From NCBI GenBank assembly GCA_948436975.1, contig CAOJJB010000001.1:14005-78004 (forward strand): a stretch of 64,000 bases of DNA, in the 5' to 3' direction. This document shows, piece after piece, positions 37,974 through 48,360 of this stretch. Each line of letters starts with the position of its first letter. The first letter of the stretch is position 1. The translations under genes and the position numbers were made by a program. The notes beneath the pieces are model-generated. The model saw only the letters and a program-made list of their open reading frames with translations. It was not told where the DNA came from and made no database searches. Origin of the DNA: an uncultured Clostridium sp. Lineage in GTDB: Bacteria; Bacillota; Clostridia; TANB77; CAG-508.

Positions 37974-38000
37974 ATTATAATACTTTTTTTATAAAGTCAA
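37974..38000 (-). promoter_or_regulatory. Promoter-like element for the VirB4-like operon with a short spacer
   Basis: Minus strand TTGACT (38000-37995), 15-nt spacer containing an A7 tract, TATAAT (37979-37974). A 14-bp AT-rich inverted repeat (38015-38048) lies immediately upstream, after the kinase gene. Confidence 0.4.
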
Positions 38001-38087
38001 GATTTTTTTTATAAAAATAGACATATTTTGTTTCAAATATGTCTATTTCTATATTTAAAAAATATTTTTTACTCTCTTTTAATCTAA

Positions 38088-40223
38088 TTATATTGTATCA
38101 AATTCTAGTTCTACTTTGAATAAATCTCCATCTACTTTTAAATCAAATTTACCTTTTTGTAATTCTGTTAAACTTTTTGAAATAGATATTCCTAAACCAC
38201 TCCCTTCTGTTGTTCTAGATTTATCTCCTCTTACAAATCTTTGCATTAACTCATCTGGAGTAATATTTAATCTTTCTTTTGATATATTTTTTACTTCTAT
38301 TTTTACCTTTTTATTATTTTTATTTATATCAATATACACCCTTGAACTCTCTAAAGCATATTTTGATATATTGCTAAATATGTTTTCAATAATTCTATAC
38401 ATATATCTATTATCTGCATTTATAAAAATTTCTTTATCAGGAATATTAGATATTATTTCAAGTTTTTTCTCCTTAAATTTATCTTCAAATTCACCTGTTG
38501 TTTGTTTTATTAATTCACAAATATTTATTCTTTCTATATTTAATTTTACATTTCCAGAAGATGCTTTAGATGCTTCTACCAAATCCTCTGTTAATTTTTT
38601 TAATCTTTGAGATTTATTATCTAAAATTTCTATATATTCTTTTATTTTTTCATTTTCTATATTTTCTTTTTTTAATAAGTCCACATAATTAATAATTGAA
38701 GTTAAAGGAGTTTTTATATCATGAGAAACATTTGTTATTAATTCAGTTTTTAATTTTTCTGATTTAATTCCTTCTTCAATAGCGTTTTTAAATCCACTTG
38801 ATATATCATTAATATATTTTACAATCTCTTGAAATTCTGGAGTAAATTCTGATCTGTTTAATTTCGTACTATTATCTCCTTCATATATTTGTTTTAAATG
38901 TATCTCTATTTTTTTATAACAATTTATTCTTTCAACAAATTTATAAAAAATATAAGCTGATCCAATTAAAGCTATTACAAATCCAAAACCATTTAAAACT
39001 ATTATTAAAATAATTACACATATAAAATATAATATTATTCCACATATTAATTTTGAAGTTATATTCCATGAGTTTGTTGTTTCTTTAATAAATTTTCTTA
39101 ATTTATTTAAAATATTTGTTATTGTATTTAAACACCATTTATATATCTTTCCTGTTATACTTTCTTTTATTAATACTTTTGCTTTTATTCTTTTAATAGT
39201 TGTTATAGTCATTATTGCACATAATATATATGAAATGAAATATCCTGTTATAAAAAAGCTTACTAAAAAATTAAAATATTTTTCTGAAAAATAGCTCATA
39301 AATTCAAATATTACTGCTATAATTATTGATAATAGTATTATTCCTACTAAAAAGATTATTTCTATTGGTATTTTATCAAAATCATTTAAATCTATTCCTT
39401 CTTTTCCTTTTGTATGACCTATTGATATAATTAAATAAATACTAATTACTATTATTAAAATTGAACATATTGGAACAGCATATAAAAACTCATTTTCATA
39501 ATTATTCAAATTTATTATACTATTCCTTAAAAATATATCATCATTTGTTTCAACAACTTCTTCTACATAACTAGTGTATATTTGAAAATCTTCTATTTTT
39601 GTTGTATAAAATTCTTTTATATTACTATTAGAATTTATATTATTTACAATTATATCTTGCTCTATTTTTTCTGACTCATATTTTTGTATATCATTGTTTA
39701 TTGAATAGTAAGTTTCTTCAAAATCGTCATAATATTTTATTGCTTTATTTGAAATAATTTCTGATTCTGATTCTACATTACCATTTATTATATTTGTTTT
39801 TTTAGAATTTTGATTTGAAATATAATTCTTTATCTTTTCTACTGTATTTGTTTCTGCAGTCAATTCAACATTTGTTAAAGCTATATTTTTATATAAAATA
39901 ATATAATAATAATCTTTTATCTGTCTATAATATTGTTCATTTATATCGTTGTTATAACATATTTTAAAATCACCATCTTTTATGCTATTATAACTTTCAT
40001 TATTAAAAATTAAATTATAAGCTTGCCTTGATAATCTTGTCATATATTGATTTAAAAATTCTTCTGTTTGAAAAAAGGAAGAATCATATTTATTATATTC
40101 AATATATTCTTCTTTTTGTGTTAAATAAAATAAAGATATAATTAATGTTAATATTAGTATCGGTAATGTTATATAACTAATTAATCTTAAAATTCTATTT
40201 TCTCTCATATTTTTCTCCTTCAT
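38088..40223 (-). CDS. Sensor histidine kinase with large extracytoplasmic domain and multi-TM core
   Basis: N-terminal TM, ~220-aa external region, about 6 further TMs, H-box VSHDIKTPLTSI, and N/G boxes ending EGSGLGISISK. Confidence 0.87.
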   Translation of the reverse strand: MKEKNMRENRILRLISYITLPILILTLIISLFYLTQKEEYIEYNKYDSSFFQTEEFLNQYMTRLSRQAYNLIFNNESYNSIKDGDFKICYNNDINEQYYRQIKDYYYIILYKNIALTNVELTAETNTVEKIKNYISNQNSKKTNIINGNVESESEIISNKAIKYYDDFEETYYSINNDIQKYESEKIEQDIIVNNINSNSNIKEFYTTKIEDFQIYTSYVEEVVETNDDIFLRNSIINLNNYENEFLYAVPICSILIIVISIYLIISIGHTKGKEGIDLNDFDKIPIEIIFLVGIILLSIIIAVIFEFMSYFSEKYFNFLVSFFITGYFISYILCAIMTITTIKRIKAKVLIKESITGKIYKWCLNTITNILNKLRKFIKETTNSWNITSKLICGIILYFICVIILIIVLNGFGFVIALIGSAYIFYKFVERINCYKKIEIHLKQIYEGDNSTKLNRSEFTPEFQEIVKYINDISSGFKNAIEEGIKSEKLKTELITNVSHDIKTPLTSIINYVDLLKKENIENEKIKEYIEILDNKSQRLKKLTEDLVEASKASSGNVKLNIERINICELIKQTTGEFEDKFKEKKLEIISNIPDKEIFINADNRYMYRIIENIFSNISKYALESSRVYIDINKNNKKVKIEVKNISKERLNITPDELMQRFVRGDKSRTTEGSGLGISISKSLTELQKGKFDLKVDGDLFKVELEFDTI

Positions 40224-40224
40224 T

Positions 40225-40923
40225 TTAATTTATTTTTTCAATTTTATAGCCTATTCCCCATATTACTTTTAAATATTTAGGATCTTTTGGATTTATTTCA
40301 ATTTTCTCCCTTATATGTCTTATATGCACTGCAATTATATTCTCAGCAGCATAAGCTTCATCATCCCAAATATTTTGATATATTTGTTCAATTGAAAAAA
40401 CTATTCCTTTATTTTTAGTTAAAAATTTTAAAATATTATATTCTGTTGGTGTTAACTTTACTTCATTTCCTTCTACTACTACTTTTTTTAAATTATCATC
40501 TATTATAAGTTCCCCTGTTTTATATATATTCTGATTATCTTCATTTTCAAAATTTCCAAACTTTGTATATCTTCTTATTCCTGAATTTACTCTAGCTATT
40601 AATTCTAAAGGATTAAATGGTTTTGTTACATAATCATCAGCTCCAAGATTTAATCCTTTTATTTTATCTTCATCTTCTGATTTAGCTGAAAGCATTATAA
40701 CAGGAATTGATGTTTTTTTTCTAATTTCATTTAAAGTATCTATTCCATCTTTTTTGGGCATCATTATATCTAATATAACTAATTGAACTGTATTATTTTT
40801 TAAAACATCCAAAGCTTCTTCTCCATCATAAGATTTTAATACATTATATCCTTCCTTAGTTAAATAAATTTCAATTGCTTTTACTATTTCTTTGTCATCA
40901 TCACAAACTAAAATATTATACAT
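40225..40923 (-). CDS. OmpR-family response regulator
   Basis: Receiver (ILVCDDD...VILDIMMPKKDG...K) plus winged-helix output (LTPTEYNILKFL...IWGIGYKI); stop 1 nt from the kinase start. Confidence 0.9.
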   Translation of the reverse strand: MYNILVCDDDKEIVKAIEIYLTKEGYNVLKSYDGEEALDVLKNNTVQLVILDIMMPKKDGIDTLNEIRKKTSIPVIMLSAKSEDEDKIKGLNLGADDYVTKPFNPLELIARVNSGIRRYTKFGNFENEDNQNIYKTGELIIDDNLKKVVVEGNEVKLTPTEYNILKFLTKNKGIVFSIEQIYQNIWDDEAYAAENIIAVHIRHIREKIEINPKDPKYLKVIWGIGYKIEKIN

Positions 40924-41195
40924 TTTTTAACTCCTATCTTTAAAAAATAATTATTATGAAAATTATTATATCAATTTTTTTATTATTTTTAAAGTATTTA
41001 TATTATAACAAAAGATTATTAAGAAAAAATAGAGAATTTATTAAGAAATTATTAATTTAATATATTAGTTATTGTAAAACATTTTAGATATAAAATTTCC
41101 AAATTTTTCTATAAAATTTTTTGAATATTTTTTTTAAAATTAGTCATAATAATATTATAAAATTTATATTAGCCTAACTTAGATATAATTTTTAT

Positions 41196-41223
41196 TAATA
41201 AGTTATTTATAAATAACTTATTA
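41196..41223. repeat. Perfect 28-bp palindrome in the gyrB / response-regulator spacer
   Basis: TAATAAGTTATTTATAAATAACTTATTA reads identically on both strands (checked by hand). Confidence 0.8.
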
Positions 41224-41662
41224 CTGATAATTATTTCGAGTAAAGATATAATTTATTGAATGAAATCCATTTAGTAAATTATGTCGGTCACAAAGAGTAT
41301 ATTATGTGCTTGATAGTTCTTTAACTTAACAATTTTTTTCTAATATAAATAAAGGATTTGAAAAGTATGTAATATATTTGAAGTTATGATTATTCTTTTA
41401 TTCAAAAGTGGTTATTTATAATCCTTTTTAGGACGAATATAGCTATTTCGAGTGGATTTATAGTCTAGCAACTGATTAGTATATGTGGTATATGGCTTAC
41501 TTGTATAGTAATATACATTAGGTCAGACTACTATGTATATTAGTTTTAGCTGAAAGTTAATATAAGTTTTATCATGATAAATGCCATAAAGTGTATTCTT
41601 TATGGCATTATCAATTTTATTCAGTTTAATTTATATTTGTTAAATTTTATATAAAATAGTAT

Positions 41663-43591
41663 CTATATATCTAAATTTTTTACATATTTAGCGTTTTGCT
41701 CTATAAATTCTCTTCTTGGATTTACTTCATCTCCCATTAACAATGAAAATACTGAATCTGCTGATATAGCATCATCCATTGTTACTTTTACTAATGTTCT
41801 TGTTTCTGGATTCATTGTAGTTTCCCAAAGTTGTTCTGGATTCATTTCTCCTAATCCTTTATATCTTTGTATTCCTAATTGATCTCGTGATATTCCTTTT
41901 TCTTCTAATATTTTAAATTGTTTATCTAAATCTTCATCTGTATAACAATATATATCTTCCATTCCTTTTTTAGATAACTTAAATAGAGGTGGTTGTGCTA
42001 AATATACATTTCCATTTTCTATTAATGGTCTCATATATCTAAAGAAAAATGTTAATAATAATGTTCTTATATGTGCTCCATCAACATCTGCATCAGCCAT
42101 TATTATTACTTTTCCATATCTTATTTTTGTTATATCAAAATCTGGTCCTATACCTGCTCCTACTGCTAATATTACAGGATTTAATTTATCATTTCCATAT
42201 ATTTTATCAGCTCTTGCTTTTTCAACATTTAACATTTTTCCCCATAATGGAAGAATTGCTTGAAATTTTCTATCTCTTCCTTGTTTTGCACTACCTCCAG
42301 CTGAATCCCCTTCTACTATATATACTTCACATTCTTCTGCTATTTTACTACTACAATCTGCTAATTTTCCAGGAAGTGTTGATGTTTCTAATGATGTTTT
42401 TTTCCTTGCAAGTTCTCTAGCTTTTCTTGCTGCTTCTCTTGCTCTTGAAGCACTGATACATTTTTCCAATATAGATTTTGCTATATTAGGATTTTCTTCT
42501 AAAAAATTAGATAAGTGTTCATTCATCATAGATTGTACAACACCTGTAACTTCACTATTTCCTAATTTAGTTTTAGTTTGTCCTTCAAATTGAGGTTCTT
42601 TTACTTTTACTGATATAACTGCTGTTATTCCCTCTCTTATATCATCTCCTACTAAATTAGCATCTTTTTCTTTTAGTATATTTTTACTTCTAGCATAATC
42701 ATTAAATACTTTTGTTAATGATCTTTTAAAACCTTCTAAATGAGTTCCACCTTCTATTGTATTTATATTATTTACAAAAGTATAAATATTTTCTGAATAA
42801 CTTGTTGTATATTGTATAGCTATTTCTACAGGATATTCTCCATCTTTTTCTATGTATATTGGTTGAGGATGTAATTTTTCTTTATTTCTATTTAGATATT
42901 CAACAAAAGAATTTAATCCACCTTCAAAGCAAAATTGTGCTTTTCTTGGTACTTCTTCTCTTAAATCTTCTATTTCTATATTTAATCCTTTTGTTAAAAA
43001 TGCCATTTCTCTAAATCTGTTTTCTAATACTTCATATTCATAATCCAAAGTTTCAAATATTGTACTATCTGCAAAAAATCTAACTTTAGTTCCTGTTTTT
43101 TCAGAATCTCCAATTCTTTCAAGAGTTTTTACTGTTTTACCTCTTTCAAAACTCATTTGATAAATTCCACCATCTCTTTGAATTGTTACTTCTGTCCATT
43201 CTGATAAAGCATTAACTACTGATGAACCAACACCATGTAGTCCTCCTGATACTTTATAACCACTATCTCCTCCAAATTTTCCTCCAGCATGTAAAACAGT
43301 ATAAACTGTTTCTGCTGCTGATAATCCTGTTTTTGCATGTTTATCAATTGGAATACCTCTACCATCATCTTCAACACATATTATATTACCTGGTTCTATT
43401 TTTATATTTATATTTTTACAATATCCTGCTAAAGCTTCATCAACTGCATTATCTACTATTTCATAAACTAAATGATGCAATCCTCTAACAGAAACACTTC
43501 CTATATACATTCCTGGCCTTTTTCTTACAGCTTCTAATCCTTCTAATACTTGTATTTGATCTGCTTTATATTCATGTTCATACTTTTCCAT
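41663..43591 (-). CDS. gyrB: DNA gyrase subunit B
   Basis: [14 protein letters not shown], HATPase fold, [26 protein letters not shown], Toprim DADVDGAHI; 642 aa. Confidence 0.97.
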   Translation of the reverse strand: MEKYEHEYKADQIQVLEGLEAVRKRPGMYIGSVSVRGLHHLVYEIVDNAVDEALAGYCKNINIKIEPGNIICVEDDGRGIPIDKHAKTGLSAAETVYTVLHAGGKFGGDSGYKVSGGLHGVGSSVVNALSEWTEVTIQRDGGIYQMSFERGKTVKTLERIGDSEKTGTKVRFFADSTIFETLDYEYEVLENRFREMAFLTKGLNIEIEDLREEVPRKAQFCFEGGLNSFVEYLNRNKEKLHPQPIYIEKDGEYPVEIAIQYTTSYSENIYTFVNNINTIEGGTHLEGFKRSLTKVFNDYARSKNILKEKDANLVGDDIREGITAVISVKVKEPQFEGQTKTKLGNSEVTGVVQSMMNEHLSNFLEENPNIAKSILEKCISASRAREAARKARELARKKTSLETSTLPGKLADCSSKIAEECEVYIVEGDSAGGSAKQGRDRKFQAILPLWGKMLNVEKARADKIYGNDKLNPVILAVGAGIGPDFDITKIRYGKVIIMADADVDGAHIRTLLLTFFFRYMRPLIENGNVYLAQPPLFKLSKKGMEDIYCYTDEDLDKQFKILEEKGISRDQLGIQRYKGLGEMNPEQLWETTMNPETRTLVKVTMDDAISADSVFSLLMGDEVNPRREFIEQNAKYVKNLDI

Positions 43592-43607
43592 TTTTATCCT
43601 CCTAAAA

Positions 43608-43853
43608 TTATAACACTCTTTTTATTATTGTATTTACACTAATATTTGTTATATATGCTCTTTTTATTTTATTTTCTTCTATTAGTATAAATGACTTTTG
43701 TTTATTATCAGAAATTTTTATAATTGCTTTATTATCTTCTAACTCTTTATACAAAGATTTATACTCTTTTGTATTTTTTACATAATCTATATTAAATATT
43801 GCAATTATATATTTACTATTTATAATAAAGTCTTTTCCTATATGCAAATACAT
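43608..43853 (-). CDS. remB: DUF370/RemB-like small protein
   Basis: 81 aa, [20 protein letters not shown]... pattern; occupies the canonical recF-(remB/yaaB)-gyrB position. Confidence 0.7.
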   Translation of the reverse strand: MYLHIGKDFIINSKYIIAIFNIDYVKNTKEYKSLYKELEDNKAIIKISDNKQKSFILIEENKIKRAYITNISVNTIIKRVL

Positions 43854-43870
43854 TTAATCAATCCTTTCTT

Positions 43871-44941
43871 TTAGACTTCCTTACAAACTCCATTTTCTAC
43901 AAAATATATTGAACTTTTATTATTTATATTTATTTGGTCTGTACAAGTTATTATTACTTGATTTCCCTCTATATTTTCTAAAAAATTTTTTCTTCTTTTT
44001 TCATCTAATTCAGACATAAAGTCATCTAACAATAATATAGGTGAATCATTTAATTCCTCTGTTACTATTTCTAATTCACATAGCTTTAATGTTAATACTA
44101 CAGTTCTTTGTTGACCTTGTGATCCAAATATTGAAACTGGTTTATCATTTACATATATAATAAAATCATCTCTATGTATTCCAATTGAAGTAAATCCTCT
44201 TTTTATATCAAAGCTTCTAGTTTTTTTTAAATTTTCTAAAAATGAATTTTTATCTTTACTATTAGTTATATACTTTATTTTTATATATTCTTTTCCACTT
44301 TTTGTTATTAAATTGTGGATATCTTCTATTTTATTTTCAAATTTATCTATAAAATATTTTCTATATTCATATATTTTTAAAGCATATTCTGATAATTGTT
44401 CATCCCAAATTTCTAACATTGAAATATTTTTATTTTCTATCTTTATTTGTCTTAAATAATTATTTCTTTGTTCTAATATTTTATTATAATTATTTAATAA
44501 ATGTATATAATTAGGTTTCAAAGAACTAATCATCATATCTAAAAATCTTCTTCTTTTTTGTGGTCCATTTTTAATTATTTCTATATCATCGGGTGTAAAA
44601 ATTACAATATTTATTTTTCCTATTATATCACTTATTTTATTTTGTTTTATATTATTTATATAAAAAGTCTTTTTATCATTAATTTCTGCACTTATTCTCC
44701 CTTTTCTATCTACTTTTTCGTATTCAATTTCTACTTTTGAAATTTCTTTATCAAATTTTATTAACTCTTTATCTTTTTTGGTTCTAAAAGATTTTCCATA
44801 TGAACATAAATATATTGATTCAATTATATTAGTTTTTCCTTGTGCATTATTTCCATAAATTATATTTATATTTTTATTTAATTTTATTTTTTCATTATTA
44901 TAATTTCTAAAATTTTCGAGTAATATATTATTTACATACAT
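43871..44941 (-). CDS. recF: DNA replication and repair protein RecF
   Basis: Walker A GNNAQGKTNIIE, signature GSQGQQRT, Walker B LLLDDFMSELD. Confidence 0.92.
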   Translation of the reverse strand: MYVNNILLENFRNYNNEKIKLNKNINIIYGNNAQGKTNIIESIYLCSYGKSFRTKKDKELIKFDKEISKVEIEYEKVDRKGRISAEINDKKTFYINNIKQNKISDIIGKINIVIFTPDDIEIIKNGPQKRRRFLDMMISSLKPNYIHLLNNYNKILEQRNNYLRQIKIENKNISMLEIWDEQLSEYALKIYEYRKYFIDKFENKIEDIHNLITKSGKEYIKIKYITNSKDKNSFLENLKKTRSFDIKRGFTSIGIHRDDFIIYVNDKPVSIFGSQGQQRTVVLTLKLCELEIVTEELNDSPILLLDDFMSELDEKRRKNFLENIEGNQVIITCTDQININNKSSIYFVENGVCKEV

Positions 44942-45026
44942 TTTTTACCCCTATGTACTTTTAATTGTCAATTTCTATTTTATGTGCCTTTTTACTTTCC
45001 ACTTTTTGTTATCTTACTGTTTATAA

Positions 45027-46142
45027 CTATTCTTTCATTTTTATTGGCAATATCATATATATATAATCTCCTTCTCCAACAGGTCTTATTATACATGGTG
45101 ATCTATTGGTACCAAACTCTATATAAACTTCTTCATCATCTATTGCTTTTAATGCATCTAAGAAAAATCTTGGATTAAATCCTATTTCTAATTCTTTTCC
45201 TTCTGTTTCTATATTAATTTCTTCTTTTGCATCTCCTGTTTGATTAGCACAAGAAATTGTTACTTTTTCTATTTCAATTTTTATTTTTACAGGATATTTT
45301 TTTTCTTTTTCTATTGATGATGATGATATTAAAGATATTCTTTCAAAACAATTTTGTATATTATTTTTATTTACTTTTATTCTAGTTTCCCAATTTTGAG
45401 GTATTGTATTTGAATATTTTAAAAACTCACCATCTAATAATCTTGTTACTATTTTACAATTTTCCATTTCAAATAGAGCTTGGTTTCTTGATATACCTAT
45501 TTTTACAGTATCAAAAGAATCTGATATTATTTTATTTACTTCATTTAATGTTTTTCCTGGTATTACACTATTAAATGTTTTTACATCTCCATTTAATATA
45601 TGGTTTTTTATTGCTAATCTATACCCATCTACTGCTACAACATTTAATTTATTTTCATTTACTTCAAATAAACAACCAGTAAATATAGGTCTGTTTTCTT
45701 CTGTACTTACAGCAAATATTGTTTTTCTTATCATATTTTTAAGTACAGTTTGTTCAATTTCAATTGAATTATCTACATTTATTTTTGGTAACTCTGGAAA
45801 TTCATCTGGATTCATTGTTGCTAATTTATATAGTGAACCTTCACATTCAATTTCTAATAAATTATTTTCATTTATATTTAATTTAATTTCTGCTACTGGT
45901 AATCTTTTTATTATTTCACTAAACATTACAGCATTAACTACTGTTGACCCCTGTTCTTCTATTTGAGCTTCTAAAATATATTCAATTCCTATTTCTAAAT
46001 CATAAGAAGTTAATTTTAATTCATTATCATTAGTTTGTATAAGTATACCTTCTAATATAGGCATAGTTGTTTTTGAAGCAACTCCATTTATAACGGAAGT
46101 AATACCTTTTAAGATTTTTTCTTTCTCACAAATAACTTTCAT
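45027..46142 (-). CDS. dnaN: DNA polymerase III beta sliding clamp
   Basis: 371 aa, three-domain clamp pattern, immediately downstream of dnaA; C-terminal ...YIYMILPIKM. Confidence 0.93.
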   Translation of the reverse strand: MKVICEKEKILKGITSVINGVASKTTMPILEGILIQTNDNELKLTSYDLEIGIEYILEAQIEEQGSTVVNAVMFSEIIKRLPVAEIKLNINENNLLEIECEGSLYKLATMNPDEFPELPKINVDNSIEIEQTVLKNMIRKTIFAVSTEENRPIFTGCLFEVNENKLNVVAVDGYRLAIKNHILNGDVKTFNSVIPGKTLNEVNKIISDSFDTVKIGISRNQALFEMENCKIVTRLLDGEFLKYSNTIPQNWETRIKVNKNNIQNCFERISLISSSSIEKEKKYPVKIKIEIEKVTISCANQTGDAKEEINIETEGKELEIGFNPRFFLDALKAIDDEEVYIEFGTNRSPCIIRPVGEGDYIYMILPIKMKE

Positions 46143-46171
46143 TTTTTTCTCCTTTTATAAAATAATATAAA

Positions 46172-46358
46172 TAGTAGTATTAGTTATAGGTGTTGTGAAT
46201 TTGGTGGAAAAGTCTTGAATACCTTTATTTCCCTAATAAAAACTATGTGTAAAAATATGTGAATAAAATTAAAAATTATCCACTTTATTCAATATCATTT
46301 GTGAATATTGAGTTATTAACAAGATATATACATGATTTTCACAATAATATGTGGAAAT
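46172..46358. promoter_or_regulatory. oriC part 2 (dnaA-dnaN spacer): DnaA-trio-like run plus degenerate DnaA boxes
   Basis: TAG TAG TAT TAG TTA TAG at 46172-46189, 29 nt from the dnaN ATG. It is followed by GGTGT and box-like TGTGAATTT (46194) and GGTGGAAAA (46203). One-mismatch boxes: TGTGAATAA (46258-46266) and TTATCCACT (46276-46284). Weaker boxes: TGTGAATAT (46300) and TGTGGAAAT (46350). Confidence 0.55.
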
Positions 46359-46459
46359 CTTTTTAGGCTATTCCGTAAGTGTTAATAGCTCATCTTTTGT
46401 AAAAAATATGTTTGTAAAACATTTTTTTTAAAATAATTTAATATTTATTTATTTATAAA

Positions 46460-47806
46460 TTAATTAGAGTCTTGAATAATGTTTTTCACACTTTCCACAA
46501 TTAATTTTGTGTTTGTTTTTTCTTTTATTTCTTTTTCTATTTTATTTACGGCATGCATAACTGTAGTATGATCTCTATTTCCGAAATCAGCTCCAATTTT
46601 AGGAAAAGACATTTGAGTTATTGTTCTGCAAAGATACATTGCTATTTGTCTTGGATATGCAATATCATTTGATTTTTTTGAAGAAATTAAATCTTTTTTA
46701 TCAATATTAAAATATTTTGATACTACTTCTTGTATATAATCAGCAGAAATTACTTTTTCTTTTTGAAGTACAATATCATTAATAGATTTTTCAGCTATTT
46801 CTATTGTTATTTGACTATGTGTTAATGCAGCATAAGCTACTATTTTATTTAATGCACCTTCTAATTCTCTTATGTTTGAATCTACTTTTGTTGCAATAAC
46901 AGATAATATATAGTCATCTATTAATATTTTATCAGCTTGTACTTTTTTTCTGAGTATAGCTAAACGTGTTTCATAATCTGGCATAGATATATCAGCAAGT
47001 ATTCCCCATTCAAATCTAGATTTTAGACGTTCTTCTAATAAAGGAATATCTCTAGGTGGTTTATCACTAGAAATTATTATTTGTTTTCCATTTTGATGTA
47101 AACTATTAAATGTATGAAAAAATTCTTCTTGACCAGTCTTTTTTCCAGCTATAAATTGAATATCATCTATTAGTAAAACATCTATATTTCTATATTTGTT
47201 TCTAAATAATTCATTTTTATAATTAGCATCTTTTATTGAGTTTACTAATTCATTAATAAATTTTTCAGATGTTACATATAAAACTTTTGTATTAGGATTA
47301 TTTTGTATTATTTTATTTCCTATTGCATGCATTAAATGAGTTTTACCAAGTCCTACTCCACCATAAATAAATAATGGATTATAAGCTGTTGCAGGAGATT
47401 CTGAAACAGCATATGCAGCAGCTTGTGCAAATTTATTATTATTTCCTATTACAAAGTTATCAAAAGTATATTTTGGATTTAAAAAACTATTTGTGTAGTT
47501 TTCAGTTTTTACAAAATTTGTTTCTTTTTCTTCTTCAAAATTATTTTGATTTTTTTCTGTTTTTTCTATAATTTCTATTTCGCAATTTTTATTAGTTATA
47601 AAATTAAATGTGTTACAAACTAAATCAAATAATCTTGATTCTATAGCATCTTTTTGCATTTTTGAAAGTGCTACTAAAACAATTTTATTATCATTTATAT
47701 ATTGTATTTCTAAATTTTTAATCCATGTTGTATATGAAATAGTAGTCATCTCTTCTTTTAAAAGATCTTTTACTTTTGTAAGTAAGTCATTCTTATCAGA
47801 ATACAT
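46460..47806 (-). CDS. dnaA: Chromosomal replication initiator protein DnaA
   Basis: AAA+ GGVGLGKTHL, LLIDDIQF, and domain IV ...IAYPRQIAMYLCR...FGNRDHTTVMHA. Confidence 0.97.
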   Translation of the reverse strand: MYSDKNDLLTKVKDLLKEEMTTISYTTWIKNLEIQYINDNKIVLVALSKMQKDAIESRLFDLVCNTFNFITNKNCEIEIIEKTEKNQNNFEEEKETNFVKTENYTNSFLNPKYTFDNFVIGNNNKFAQAAAYAVSESPATAYNPLFIYGGVGLGKTHLMHAIGNKIIQNNPNTKVLYVTSEKFINELVNSIKDANYKNELFRNKYRNIDVLLIDDIQFIAGKKTGQEEFFHTFNSLHQNGKQIIISSDKPPRDIPLLEERLKSRFEWGILADISMPDYETRLAILRKKVQADKILIDDYILSVIATKVDSNIRELEGALNKIVAYAALTHSQITIEIAEKSINDIVLQKEKVISADYIQEVVSKYFNIDKKDLISSKKSNDIAYPRQIAMYLCRTITQMSFPKIGADFGNRDHTTVMHAVNKIEKEIKEKTNTKLIVESVKNIIQDSN

Positions 47807-47836
47807 TTTTTTAGAAACCCACCCTTTCTATAAATT

Positions 47837-48088
47837 TTATCCACAAGGTTGTCCACATAAAACTTGTAAAACTTACAAAATACAATATTACAAATATTAA
47901 CAATATGTGGAAAACCTAAAATTCCTTTTTATACATTATGATGATATAATATCAAAAAAAAAATAAAATATCAAGTTAAAATTAAAAATAAAATTTATTT
48001 TACTTTAGGGCGATAAGAGTTACAAATTTTATTAATTACTTGACTTTTTTAGAACAATTATAGTATAATCTATATTACTTGTGAATAA
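47837..48088. promoter_or_regulatory. oriC part 1 (dnaA-rpmH spacer): DnaA boxes
   Basis: Perfect TTATCCACA (47837-47845); one-mismatch TTGTCCACA (47849-47857), TGTGGAAAA (47906-47914) and TGTGAATAA (48080-48088). Confidence 0.7.
48040..48069 (+). promoter_or_regulatory. rpmH operon promoter
   Basis: TTGACT (48040-48045), 18-nt spacer, TATAAT (48064-48069). Confidence 0.6.
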
Positions 48089-48153
48089 ATATAAAATATT
48101 TAATTCAAATAATAAGTAAAAAATAAAAATATATATAAATTAGGAGGTGCAAA

Positions 48154-48288
48154 ATGAAAAGAACATACCAACCAAAAAAAAGACAAAGAAATAAAGTGCA
48201 TGGATTTAGAAAAAGAATGCAAACTAGAGCAGGAAGACAAGTTTTAAAGGCAAGAAGAAATAAAGGAAGAAAAAAAATCTCAGCTTAA
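48154..48288 (+). CDS. rpmH: 50S ribosomal protein L34
   Basis: Not in the ORF track (44 aa). Hand translation [44 protein letters not shown]; SD AGGAGG 7 nt upstream. Confidence 0.95.
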   Translation: MKRTYQPKKRQRNKVHGFRKRMQTRAGRQVLKARRNKGRKKISA

Positions 48289-48360
48289 TAGAAAAGGGGC
48301 AATATAGCGCCCTTTTTTTTCTAACAGTTATTTTTTGTTAGAAAAAGGAGAGTATTAACA

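Noticed and set aside
38116-38610. A 164-aa plus-strand ORF inside the histidine kinase gene. Similar antisense ORFs occur in gyrB (42049-42420, 43222-43488), pcrA (22547-23191), the SDR gene (3376-3990) and elsewhere.
   Set aside because: All lie fully inside strongly supported genes on the other strand, are hydrophobic or low complexity, and lack ribosome-binding sites.
41230-41575. Possible known housekeeping RNA (SRP/4.5S, 6S, tmRNA or RNase P RNA) in the gyrB-distal spacer.
   Set aside because: I found only a short AGGTCAG resemblance to SRP domain IV. None of the conserved cores I can recall (for example GGAA...AGCA of SRP, or the tmRNA tag and tRNA-like ends) are present. The region is kept only as an unexplained spacer.
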